A stretch of DNA of 48,527 nt from Acidobacteriota bacterium (lineage in GTDB: Bacteria; Acidobacteriota; Aminicenantia; Aminicenantales; Saccharicenantaceae): positions 13,547 through 62,073 of the forward strand of contig JADBLN010000030.1 of NCBI GenBank assembly GCA_014894455.1. The letters are read 5' to 3'. Both the position numbers and the translations under genes were made by a program. The notes beneath the pieces are model-generated. The model did not search any database, was not told the DNA's origin, and saw only the letters and a program-made list of their open reading frames with translations. Position 1 is the stretch's first letter; every line of letters begins with the position of its first letter. Shown piece by piece: positions 18,438 through 27,563 of this stretch.

Positions 18438-18593
18438 TTTCTCACCTTGATGGCATCCATGGCCACACCTTGTTGTTCCCTAGATTGTAAAATAACCCAG
18501 CCATTATCAAAGTCAATGGAGTTTGGCCGGATGTCCGATGATGTCAGTCTTTGTCACATCCCGGGGCAGGGCGGACACCCTCGGCAGGGCCCT

Positions 18594-19595
18594 TCAGAGG
18601 AGGACGACTTCGCGCTTGCCGCGGACGACTTCGCCGATGATCCAGGCTTTTTGGCCCCGTTCGGCGAAAAGGGCGACCGTCCGGTCGGCATCCCGGGCCG
18701 AAACGGCCAGGGCCATGCCGATACCCATGTTCAGGGTCCGGAACATCTCCCGCTCATCCACGTTTCCAGCCAGCTGGATCTTACGGAAGATGGGCGGGAT
18801 GGGCCAGGATCCCTTTTCGACCCGTACGCTGTAGCCCTCAGGGATGACCCGGGGGATGTTGTCGTAGAAGCCGCCCCCGGTGATGTGGGCCATGGATTTG
18901 ATCCGGACCTTCTTGAGGACCTCGAGGATGGCCGTGCAGTAGATCCTCGTCGGCCGAAGGAGTTCCCGCCAGAGGCCCGCTTTGATCTCCTTTTCCGAAA
19001 AAATCTTGCGGGCCAGGGAATAGCCGTTGCTGTGGAGGCCGCTCGAGGCCAGCCCGATGACGGCGTCCCCCGCCCGGCAGGCGCGGCCGTCGATGATCTT
19101 CGACTCGTCGACGAGGCCGACGCAGAATCCGGCCAGGTCCCATTTCCCGGGACCGTAAAGGCCGGGGAGCTCGGCGGTCTCGCCGCCGACGAGGGCGCAG
19201 CGGGCCTCGCGGCAGCCCCGAGCGACACCCCGGACGATGTCGACGAGCATGCGCGGTTCGACCTTGCCGACGGCGATGTAATCGAGGAAGAAGAGCGGCT
19301 CGGCGCCGAGGACGACCACGTCGTCGACGGACATGGCCACGAGGTCGACGCCCACCGTATCGTATTTGCCCACCATGGCGGCGATGAGGAGTTTCGTGCC
19401 GACGCCGTCCGTCGAGGAGACGAGGACGGGCCTTTTCATCCCGGCCAAGCGGGGTTTGAAGAGCCCGCTGAAGCCGCCGATCCCCCCGAGGACCTCGGGC
19501 CGGCCGGTCTTCCGGACGAGCGGCTTGATCAGCCGGATGAAGCGGTCCGCCGCGTCGATGTCGACGCCGGCTTTCTTGTAGGTCACGCGGGCCAT
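18594..19595 (-). CDS. purM: Phosphoribosylformylglycinamidine cyclo-ligase (AIR synthetase)
   Basis: YKKAGVDI, GGIGGFSG, STDGVGTK, GGETAELPG, SSGLHSNGYSL, HITGGG, TLNMGIGM. Confidence 0.97.
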   Translation of the reverse strand: MARVTYKKAGVDIDAADRFIRLIKPLVRKTGRPEVLGGIGGFSGLFKPRLAGMKRPVLVSSTDGVGTKLLIAAMVGKYDTVGVDLVAMSVDDVVVLGAEPLFFLDYIAVGKVEPRMLVDIVRGVARGCREARCALVGGETAELPGLYGPGKWDLAGFCVGLVDESKIIDGRACRAGDAVIGLASSGLHSNGYSLARKIFSEKEIKAGLWRELLRPTRIYCTAILEVLKKVRIKSMAHITGGGFYDNIPRVIPEGYSVRVEKGSWPIPPIFRKIQLAGNVDEREMFRTLNMGIGMALAVSARDADRTVALFAERGQKAWIIGEVVRGKREVVLL

Positions 19596-19696
19596 GAGCG
19601 CTCTCCTAGGATAATTCGTCCTTTTTATAGCACCCGCTTCCCTGCCAAGTCAAACGGGAGGGGGTGAAGCCTACTTTCTGCGCGGCTTTTTCGGAG

Positions 19697-19759
19697 GGGG
19701 TCAAACCTACCTTTTACACCCTATTTGACCCGAAAGGTGTAAAAGGTAGGTTTGACCCC
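19697..19759. repeat. REP-like palindrome with GGGGTCA ends (24-bp arms); extra half-site at 19803-19826
   Basis: ggggtcaaacctaccttttacacc-N15-ggtgtaaaaggtaggtttgacccc; same family as 36473-36527. Confidence 0.9.
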
Positions 19760-19837
19760 ATCTTAGGTTTTCCTCCTCGCCGTTGTCCCCTTGCCGAGGT
19801 GAGCAGAAAGTAAGTTTGACCCCCTCTGGCTTCCGGT

Positions 19838-19866
19838 GTAACCTTTTTCCCGAAGGGCGGTAATTA
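19838..19866 (+). promoter_or_regulatory. Putative ECF promoter GTAACC-N15-GGTAAT
   Basis: AAC -35 motif immediately upstream of the ECF sigma gene. Confidence 0.45.
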
Positions 19867-19869
19867 TCC

Positions 19870-20463
19870 ATGAACGCCGATAATCCTGAGCGAGAGAAGA
19901 CCGGACGCATGTCACCGACGGATAACGAGCTGATGGAAAACGTCAGGGACGGCCGGGTCGAGAAGCTGGCCGTCCTCTTCGAAAGATACCAGACGATGCT
20001 TTACAACTTCTTCCTCCGCCTGACGGGAAACAGGGCCGCGAGCGAAGACCTCGTCCAGGAGGTCTTCATGCGGGTCCTGAAATACCGGGCCGGCTACATG
20101 GGCGACAGCCGGTTCAACGTCTGGCTCTTCCAGATCGCCCGCAACGCCCACGTCGACTACCTGAGGAAGCGGAAGAGCACGCTCCCCCTCGACGGGCAGT
20201 ACATCGAAACGCACAGCCGCGAGCCCCTGCCCGAGGCGGCCTATGAGACCAACCGGGAGGCTGAGCTCGTCCGCCGCGCCCTCGACCGCCTGCCCGTCCA
20301 GAAACGGGAGCTCCTCGTCCTCTTCCGCTTCCAGAACCTCAAGCTCCGGGAGATCGCCGAGCTCCTGGGATGCCAGGTGGGCACGGTCAAAGCCCAGGTC
20401 CACCGGGCCCTCAAGGACCTCAGTCGCATCTACCTGGACCTCCGGAAAGGGAACGTGTCATGA
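19870..20463 (+). CDS. ECF RNA polymerase sigma factor
   Basis: SEDLVQEVFMRVL, FNVWLFQIARN, EIAELLGCQVGTVKAQVHRA; start 19870 or 19909. Confidence 0.93.
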   Translation: MNADNPEREKTGRMSPTDNELMENVRDGRVEKLAVLFERYQTMLYNFFLRLTGNRAASEDLVQEVFMRVLKYRAGYMGDSRFNVWLFQIARNAHVDYLRKRKSTLPLDGQYIETHSREPLPEAAYETNREAELVRRALDRLPVQKRELLVLFRFQNLKLREIAELLGCQVGTVKAQVHRALKDLSRIYLDLRKGNVS

Positions 20464-21284
20464 ACTGCGAAAAAACACAGGAAAAGTTCGCCGATTACCT
20501 GACGGAAGACCTCGAAGAGGGAAGCCGCGGCGAAGTCCAGGAACACATCCTCTCGTGCGCGGCGTGCCGCGAAGACCTCGAGAACCTGACCGTCGTTTGG
20601 GCCAAGCTCGGCGTCCTGCCCGAGGAACAGCCGGGCGGCGGCCTCCGGCACCGCTTTTACGCCATGCTCGAGGAGTACAAAGACGGGCTCGAGGCCAAGG
20701 GAAAGACGGCCCGGCCGTCCGGCCGCGCCGGGCGCCTGGCCGGCTGGAGGGAATGGTTCACGTTCCGGCGGCCCGCCTTCGCCGCCTCGTTCTCGGCCTT
20801 CCTCCTTTTCGTCGGCCTCGGCGCCGGCTGGCTTTTGAACGGCGGCCGCGCGGGAGGCGAACGCCTCACCACGCTGTCCCGCGAGGTCCAGGACATGCGC
20901 CAGCAGGTCGCCCTCTCGCTGCTGGGCAAATCCTCCGCCACGGAGCGGATCCAGGGCATCGGCTACAGCGCCGCTGTCGAAAACCCGAACGACACGACGC
21001 TGGCCGCGCTGACCGACGCGCTCGACAACGACCCCAACCCCAACGTCCGTCTCGCGGCCGTGGACGCGCTCTACCTTTTCCGGAACAAGCCGGGCGTCCG
21101 GGAAAGCCTCGTCCGGTCACTCGCCATCCAAACCTATCCGCTCGTCCAGGTCGCGCTCATCGATTTCCTGGTCGAGGTGCGGGAGGCCCGGGCCGCCGAA
21201 GCCCTCAAGGTCCTCATCGAGCGGAACGAGCTCACGCCGGAAGTCAAAAAGCGAGCCGAGCAGGGCCTGAAGCAGATCGTTTAA
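20460..21284 (+). CDS. zf-HC2 anti-sigma factor with TM helix and C-terminal HEAT repeats
   Basis: ATGA overlap; HILSCAAC; TM helix; DPNPNVRLAAVDAL...PLVQVALIDFL. Confidence 0.88.
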   Translation: MNCEKTQEKFADYLTEDLEEGSRGEVQEHILSCAACREDLENLTVVWAKLGVLPEEQPGGGLRHRFYAMLEEYKDGLEAKGKTARPSGRAGRLAGWREWFTFRRPAFAASFSAFLLFVGLGAGWLLNGGRAGGERLTTLSREVQDMRQQVALSLLGKSSATERIQGIGYSAAVENPNDTTLAALTDALDNDPNPNVRLAAVDALYLFRNKPGVRESLVRSLAIQTYPLVQVALIDFLVEVREARAAEALKVLIERNELTPEVKKRAEQGLKQIV

Positions 21285-21302
21285 ATCATCAAGGAGAAGA
21301 AC

Positions 21303-22421
21303 ATGCGTAAAAGAATCGCGAACATCGTCATCCTGGCGTTCCTCGTCGCCGGGACGTGCGGCTGGGCCCTGGCCCAGGCCAAGGAAGCGCCGCCCGAACG
21401 GGCCGTCGTTCCGCTCAGCAACCCGGCCAAGCCGGCCAAGATCGAGATCTCGATCATCCGGGGCAGTATCACGGTCAAGGGCTACGAGGGCAAGGAAGTC
21501 ATCGTCGAGGCCCGGGTCAGGGAAAAGGCGCTGTCGAACTTCGGCGGCCTCTATACCACCGGTTACGCTCTCGTCGCGCCTCCGGCCAAGCCGGGTCAGC
21601 CGGCGCCCCCCACGGCTCCGACGCCGGCCCCCTCGGCCCAAGCTGGGCAGCGGGCAGAACAACTCAAGAAGGAGATCGAGGCGGTGACGGCCAAGAATAA
21701 TGCGGCCCTCGCCCAGAGCCTGGACGAGCAGGAAGTCCTGGCCAAGAGACTCACCCAGAGCGACAATGCCCGCAAAGTCTATGGCGAGTATTTCGAGGAC
21801 GACAAAGCGAAGCGCGAAGCGAGAGAGAAGAAGATCGCCGGGATGAAGCTCCTGTCCGGGTCCGCGTCGGGGCTCGAGATCCAGGAGGAGAATAACGTCG
21901 TCCAGGTCAGCACCGAGTCGTGGAAAGCAGCCACGGACCTCGTCATCCAGGTGCCTCGCTCGACCTCGCTCGAGGTCCGATCGACCATGGACGGGGCGGT
22001 CATCGTCGAGGGCGTCAACGGCGAGATCGACATCAACAACATCAACGGGCCGGTGACGCTGAAGAACGTTTCGGGGAACACGCTCGTCCACACCGTCAAC
22101 GGCGACATCGAGGTCACGCTGGCCCGGGTCGCGGCCGACAAGCCGCTGTCGTTCAGCACCATGAACGGCGACATCGACGTCACGCTCCCGGCCGACGTCA
22201 AGGCCAACCTCAAGATGAAGTCCGAGCAGGGCGAGATCTACAGCGACTTCGACATCAACATGACCCGGCAGCCGGCCAAGTCCGAAGCGGCGGAGAAGAC
22301 CGAGCAGGGCAAGTTCCGCATCACATTCGACAAGTCGCTCTACGGTATCGTCAACGGCGGCGGTCAGGAGATCGGCTTCAACACCTTCAGCGGCGACATC
22401 TACATCCGGAAGAAAAAGTAG
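21303..22421 (+). CDS. DUF4097 family exported protein
   Basis: Signal peptide; repeated xNGxI motifs (INGPV, TVNGDI, TMNGDI, TFSGDI). Confidence 0.85.
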   Translation: MRKRIANIVILAFLVAGTCGWALAQAKEAPPERAVVPLSNPAKPAKIEISIIRGSITVKGYEGKEVIVEARVREKALSNFGGLYTTGYALVAPPAKPGQPAPPTAPTPAPSAQAGQRAEQLKKEIEAVTAKNNAALAQSLDEQEVLAKRLTQSDNARKVYGEYFEDDKAKREAREKKIAGMKLLSGSASGLEIQEENNVVQVSTESWKAATDLVIQVPRSTSLEVRSTMDGAVIVEGVNGEIDINNINGPVTLKNVSGNTLVHTVNGDIEVTLARVAADKPLSFSTMNGDIDVTLPADVKANLKMKSEQGEIYSDFDINMTRQPAKSEAAEKTEQGKFRITFDKSLYGIVNGGGQEIGFNTFSGDIYIRKKK

Positions 22422-22571
22422 GCCCGGCTTTACGACAACGGACCAGGGGCGGCCGGGCGGCCGGCAGGGAGCGGATTCTGAGGAGCGACCGGCAGAAGTA
22501 CGGCGGAGTGGCTCGGAGCCGGACTTCTGGTAGATATCTGAAACGAGTCTTGGGGTTATCCGCGGGGTTGG

Positions 22572-23960
22572 CTATTTTCCCCGCGAGCGCTTTCTATTCC
22601 AGTAGAGGTAGGCAGGGATGCCCAGGGCGATGATGGCGAGCCCGGCGAACGAGTTCCAGAACGTTCCGATGAGGGCATTGACCGTAACGAAAAGGGCCGC
22701 CAGGACGAAGAGCCCCGGCGTCACCGGGTAGCCCAGGGCCTTATACGGACGAGGCAGGTCGGGACGCTTCTTGCGCATGACGATGACCGCGGACACAGCC
22801 AGCCCCATGAAGATCCAGTGGCCGAAGACGACATACCGAAGGAGCTGCTCAAAGGTCCCGCTCAGGCTGAGGAGGATGCTCCAGCTCCCCACGACCAGGA
22901 TGGACACGTGCGGGGTCTTGTATTTCGGATGGACGGAGGCCATCTTCCGGAAGAAGAGGCCGTCCTTGGCCATCGCGTAATAGACGCGCGGTCCGGTCAG
23001 GATGTGGCCGTTGGCCGCGCCCATGATCGAGAACAGGATGATGAACGAAACGATCGACGCGCCGAGCGGCCCGACCGCGACGTTCATCGCGTCGGCCGCG
23101 ATCCGGCTCGACCTGGCCATCTCGCCCGCCGGCACTGCGAACAGGTAGGCGGCGTTCGCCATCAGATAGAGGAGCGTAACCAGGCCGCATCCGGCGATGA
23201 TGCCGACGGGCAGGGTCCGGGAAGGATTCCGGGTCTCGCCTGAATTGTACGTGCACGACTCGAAGCCCTTGTAGGCCCAGAGTGCGGCCACCAAAGCCAG
23301 GCCGAACTTCCCGACGATGTCTCCCCCCGTGCCGGAAGCCGGAGGCGTCACGAAATTCGCCCAGTCCCCGCGCGCGAACAGGAAGACGACGACGCTGACG
23401 CCCAGTAACGCCGCAAACTTTAGCGTTGTCAGCAGGTTCTGGAAGAAAGCGCCACGCTTGACGCCGAGATAGTTGATCCCCATCAGGATCAGGATGAACA
23501 GGATGGCCACCGCTTTCTGGACGACCGGCGTCACCTGAAAGAAATGGGGCAGGTATTTCGAGGCGAAGGCCACGGACAGCGCCGCGATGCTCCCCGAATC
23601 GATGACGAGGAACAGCGTCCAGCCGAAGAGGAAACCGGCCAGCGGACCGTAAGCCTCCCGCAAGTAAACGTAGATGCCGCCGGTCTCCGAATAGGCCGCG
23701 GCCAGCTCGGCCAGAGAGAGGGCGCCGAAAACGCTCAAAAGGCCGCCCACGATCCACACGGCGAGCATGATGAGCGGCGCCTTGACCTCAGCGGCCACGG
23801 TGGCCGGCACGATGAAGATGCCCGATCCGATCATCGTGCCAACGACGATGCCGATGATGCTTCCCTTGCCGAGGACCCGGGAGAGCTGAGGGCCGGGCAC
23901 GGAGGCGGTTTCAGCCGCCGCGGTCGGTTTGCCTGTCAAACTTTTATCGTAACTGGACAT
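22572..23960 (-). CDS. APC family amino acid permease
   Basis: VVGTMIGSGIF, GGIYVYLREAYG, GPRVYYAMAKDG, PRPYKALGYP; about 12 TM helices. Confidence 0.93.
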   Translation of the reverse strand: MSSYDKSLTGKPTAAAETASVPGPQLSRVLGKGSIIGIVVGTMIGSGIFIVPATVAAEVKAPLIMLAVWIVGGLLSVFGALSLAELAAAYSETGGIYVYLREAYGPLAGFLFGWTLFLVIDSGSIAALSVAFASKYLPHFFQVTPVVQKAVAILFILILMGINYLGVKRGAFFQNLLTTLKFAALLGVSVVVFLFARGDWANFVTPPASGTGGDIVGKFGLALVAALWAYKGFESCTYNSGETRNPSRTLPVGIIAGCGLVTLLYLMANAAYLFAVPAGEMARSSRIAADAMNVAVGPLGASIVSFIILFSIMGAANGHILTGPRVYYAMAKDGLFFRKMASVHPKYKTPHVSILVVGSWSILLSLSGTFEQLLRYVVFGHWIFMGLAVSAVIVMRKKRPDLPRPYKALGYPVTPGLFVLAALFVTVNALIGTFWNSFAGLAIIALGIPAYLYWNRKRSRGK

Positions 23961-24165
23961 GCGGCTATCTTATGCAGGGGACACCGTAAAATCAATCGCT
24001 CAAATCGCGATTTCAACCCCGCCCCGATCTGACCGGAGCCTGAAAATTATCGATATGTGCCTTATAATAAATAAATTGCTGAGGTCCGACCCCGTTTTTT
24101 CCTTGACAGGGGCGGTCAGCCGGTATATTTTTCGGCCTGATGCCGATTCTGGAGGAGGCTAACTC

Positions 24166-25923
24166 ATGGCTGGATCAGTAATCCCAAAATCGACGGGGCT
24201 GCGGGCCGTCGCTTCCGCCGCCGCGTTTCTATTCATCGCCGGGCTGGCCGCGGCCCTGTTCTCGGCGTCCGCCTGCGTCCCCAGGCCCGAGTCCGCCGAC
24301 CTCGTCCTCATCAACGGGAAGATCGTGACCGTGGACGCGGCCGTCCCCACGGCCTCCTGGGTCGCGGTCCGCGGCGGCCGCATCGCCGCCCTCGGCGCCG
24401 AGCCGAAGGACTACAAGCGCCACGTCGGCGACGGGACCGAGATCATCGACCTCGGCGGCGCGCTCGCCATCCCCGGCCTCATCGAGAGCCACGGCCATTT
24501 CACGGGCCTCGGCTCCTCCAAGATGGTCCTCGATCTGACCAAGGCCCGCTCCTGGGATGACATCGTGGCCCTGGTCGCCGAGGCCGCCGCAACGACCACG
24601 CCCGGCGAGTGGATCCTCGGCCGCGGCTGGCACCAGGACAAGTGGGACCGCGTGCCCGAGCCCAACATCGACGGCCTGCCCCTTCACGCTGCCCTCAGTA
24701 AAGCGACTCCGAACAACCCGGTCCTCCTGACCCACGCCAGCGGCCACTCGTCGCTCGTCAACGCCAAGGCCATGGAGCTCTCCAAGATCACGAGCGCGAC
24801 GACCAATCCCGCCGGGGGCGAGATCATCCGCGATGCCAAGGGGAACGCCATCGGCGCATTCCTCGAAACGGCCCAGGGCCTCGTCCGCTACCAGGCCGGC
24901 CACGATACCCCCGAGGAGGCCCAGGCGCGGGCACGCAAGCAGGTCGAACTCGCTGCGCAAGAATGCCTCGTCCACGGCGTCACGACCTTCCACGACGCCG
25001 GCGCCTCCTTTTCGACGATCGACCTCTACAAGAAGATGGCCGAAGAGGGCGCCCTCCCCGTCCGTCTCTATGTCATGCTCGGCGCCGGCAACAGGGCCCT
25101 GGCCGAGCGCGGCGCATCCTACCGGATGATCGGCGCCGTCGACAACCATCTGACCGTCCGGACCATCAAGCGGCTCATCGACGGCGCGCTCGGCGCCCAC
25201 GGCGCCTGGCTCCTCGAGCCCTACGCCGACCTCCCGGCCTCGACCGGCCTCAACACGGAGTCGATCGAGGAAATGAAGGAAACGACGAAATTCGCCATCG
25301 CAAACGGCTTCCAGCTCGCGACCCACGCCATCGGCGACCGGGGAAACCGCGAGACGCTCGACATCTACGAGGCAGCCTTCAAGGCCCATCCGGAAAAAAC
25401 CGACCTGCGCTGGCGGATCGAGCACGCCCAGCATCTCAGCCTCGACGACATCCCGCGCTTCGGCAAGCTCGGCGTCATCCCGGCCATGCAGGCCATCCAC
25501 TGCACCTCCGACGCACCGTGGATTGCCAAGCGCCTCGGCGAGAAGCGGGCCGGGGAAGGCGCCTACGTCTGGCGGAAGCTCATGGACACGGGAGCCGTCA
25601 TCCCCAACGGGACCGACGTCCCGGTCGAACCCATCGACCCCATGTCCTGCTTCTTCGCCGCGGTGACCCGCAAGCTCAAGGACGGGACGGCGTTTTTCCC
25701 CGACCAGAAGATGACCCGCGAGGAAGCCCTCCGCTCCTACACCATCAACGGCGCCTACGCCGGCTTCGAAGAGGGGACCAAGGGCTCTCTCTCCGTGGGC
25801 AAGCTCGCCGACATCACCGTGCTCGACCGCGACATCCTGACCTGTCCCGATGACGACATCCCGGGGACCGGGGTCCTCTACACCATCATCGGCGGCAAAG
25901 TGCTCTACAAGAAAGGCGGTTGA
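24166..25923 (+). CDS. Amidohydrolase, YtcJ-like (Amidohydro_3), exported
   Basis: PGLIESHGH, GRGW, DGALGAHGAWL, THAIGD, WRIEHAQH, GTDVPV, GKLADITVLD. Confidence 0.92.
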   Translation: MAGSVIPKSTGLRAVASAAAFLFIAGLAAALFSASACVPRPESADLVLINGKIVTVDAAVPTASWVAVRGGRIAALGAEPKDYKRHVGDGTEIIDLGGALAIPGLIESHGHFTGLGSSKMVLDLTKARSWDDIVALVAEAAATTTPGEWILGRGWHQDKWDRVPEPNIDGLPLHAALSKATPNNPVLLTHASGHSSLVNAKAMELSKITSATTNPAGGEIIRDAKGNAIGAFLETAQGLVRYQAGHDTPEEAQARARKQVELAAQECLVHGVTTFHDAGASFSTIDLYKKMAEEGALPVRLYVMLGAGNRALAERGASYRMIGAVDNHLTVRTIKRLIDGALGAHGAWLLEPYADLPASTGLNTESIEEMKETTKFAIANGFQLATHAIGDRGNRETLDIYEAAFKAHPEKTDLRWRIEHAQHLSLDDIPRFGKLGVIPAMQAIHCTSDAPWIAKRLGEKRAGEGAYVWRKLMDTGAVIPNGTDVPVEPIDPMSCFFAAVTRKLKDGTAFFPDQKMTREEALRSYTINGAYAGFEEGTKGSLSVGKLADITVLDRDILTCPDDDIPGTGVLYTIIGGKVLYKKGG

Positions 25924-25943
25924 GCGGCTCTCCGTCAGAATTC

Positions 25944-26112
25944 GGGGAATCCTCCTTTCGGTTCGGCTCAGGATATCACCCCTAACCCCCCGGCCCCCCG
26001 GGAACCAGTCCCGGCGGTTCCCCCGTCCCGCTTCGAGAGAAGCGGGACGGGCCCCCCTCCGCTACGGGGGTCTTCGGAGTGACATCCATCGCCGCCTCAC
26101 GGAGGACTTCCC
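25944..26112 (-). ncRNA. Candidate structured RNA or hairpin element (169 nt, rod-like with two apical hairpins)
   Basis: Terminal 12-bp stem; inner stem GGAUGUCACUCC/GGGGUGAUAUCC pairs fully with two G-U wobbles only on the minus strand; perfect 13-bp hairpin CCCGUCCCGCUUC. Confidence 0.45.
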
Positions 26113-26139
26113 AATAGTCGGAGAATAAAATAAAAATAC

Positions 26140-26177
26140 TTGACGCAGCCACCAATATATCGTATATTTACGATATA
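26140..26177 (+). promoter_or_regulatory. arsR promoter TTGACG-N17-TATATT with overlapping operator palindrome TATATCGTA-N4-TACGATATA
   Basis: Perfect 9-4-9 inverted repeat (26156-26177) covering the -10 box. Confidence 0.8.
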
Positions 26178-26199
26178 CGATAAAACAAAAGGAGACGCG

Positions 26200-26637
26200 A
26201 TGGCCCAAGCGAAGACCGGCTCGTTCGATCCCGCCCTCGTCCGGACGGCGGGCCTGGCCAAAGCCCTGGCCCACCCCGTCCGCATCCGCATCCTCGAGAT
26301 CCTGGCTTCCCGCCGGGCCTGCATCTGCGGCTGTCTCGTCGACCGTCTTCCCCTCGCCCAGTCGACGGTCTCCCGGCATCTTGGGGAGCTCCGGAACGCC
26401 GGGCTCATCCGGGGGGATGTCGACGGGCCCCGCATATGTTACTGCCTCGACCCGAAGACCGTAGACGAGGCCGGGGCGGCCTTTGCGGACGTGTTCCGTC
26501 GCCTTTGTAAGCCGCCCGGCGACGCCGCGAAAGGCCCGTCACCGGACTCATACCGTCCTCGGCCCGCCGCTCGGGGCGGATCCTACAAAGCGGGCCCCCG
26601 CTCCAAACCGAAGGCCAAGAGTTGCCGAAAGCCATAA
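26200..26637 (+). CDS. arsR: ArsR/SmtB metalloregulator
   Basis: AKALAHPVRIRIL..ACICGCL..LAQSTVSRHL..GPRICYC; AAGGAG RBS. Confidence 0.9.
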   Translation: MAQAKTGSFDPALVRTAGLAKALAHPVRIRILEILASRRACICGCLVDRLPLAQSTVSRHLGELRNAGLIRGDVDGPRICYCLDPKTVDEAGAAFADVFRRLCKPPGDAAKGPSPDSYRPRPAARGGSYKAGPRSKPKAKSCRKP

Positions 26638-26653
26638 ATAAAAAGGAGATACC

Positions 26654-27547
26654 ATGACCAGCGACAAGGAAAGAGAAAGCGAACGCCTCAAGGAGCTCGT
26701 CCGCGAGAAATACGCCCAGATCGCCCGGGAGGCGCCCAAGCCCGGAAGCTCCCCCGCCGTCCGGGCCTCGTCCTCATGCTGCGGCCCGGCCGCCAGCCCT
26801 TGCTGCTGCGCTCCCGCGGCCGAGCCGTCGGCCTCAACCTACTACGGCGAGGACATCGCCGGCATCAAAGAGGCCTACGAAAAGCTTGACGGTCACATGG
26901 ACGAGGCCGACCTCGGCCTCGGCTGCGGCCTGCCGACCGAGCACGCCGGGCTCGCCGCGGGCCAGACCGTGGTCGACCTCGGCTCGGGCGCCGGGAACGA
27001 CGTCTTCATCGCCCGCTCCGTCGTCGGCGAGACGGGCCGGGTCATCGGCGTCGACATGACGCCCGAGATGATCGACAAGGCCAGGGCCAACGCCGAGCGC
27101 CGCGGCTTCCGAAACGTCGAGTTCCGCCTCGGCGACATCGAGGCCCTGCCCGTCGACGACGCGGCGGCCGACGTCGTCGTCAGCAACTGCGTCCTCAACC
27201 TCGTCCCCGATAAGCGCCTGGCCTTCGCCGAGATCTTCCGCGTCCTCAAGCCGGGCGGCCGGTTCTGCGTCTCGGACATCGTCCTCCGGGGCGAGCTCCC
27301 GGCCAAGTTCCAGGAGGTGGCCGAGCTCTACGTCGGCTGTGTCGCCGGCGCGCTCGACGCCGAGGAGTACCTGGCGATCGTCCACGAAACGGGATTCACC
27401 GGGATCGACATCAAGGTCGCGAAACGGCTCGACCTCCCTGACGAATACATCCTGAAATATATCAGCGCCGAGGAGCTGGCCGCCTACCGCGCGTCCGGCG
27501 CCGCCGTCCTCAGCATAACCGTCGTCGGGACCCGGCCCTCGAGCTGA
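26654..27547 (+). CDS. arsM: Arsenite S-adenosylmethionine methyltransferase
   Basis: CCG/CCC N-terminus, LGLGCG, VDLGSGAGND, SNCVLNLVPDK, YVGCVAGA. Confidence 0.93.
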   Translation: MTSDKERESERLKELVREKYAQIAREAPKPGSSPAVRASSSCCGPAASPCCCAPAAEPSASTYYGEDIAGIKEAYEKLDGHMDEADLGLGCGLPTEHAGLAAGQTVVDLGSGAGNDVFIARSVVGETGRVIGVDMTPEMIDKARANAERRGFRNVEFRLGDIEALPVDDAAADVVVSNCVLNLVPDKRLAFAEIFRVLKPGGRFCVSDIVLRGELPAKFQEVAELYVGCVAGALDAEEYLAIVHETGFTGIDIKVAKRLDLPDEYILKYISAEELAAYRASGAAVLSITVVGTRPSS

Positions 27548-27563
27548 AAAAGAGAACAAAGCA

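Noticed and set aside
24082-24093. aggtccgacccc as another GGGGTC-family half-site
   Set aside because: Too short and has no partner arm; could be chance.
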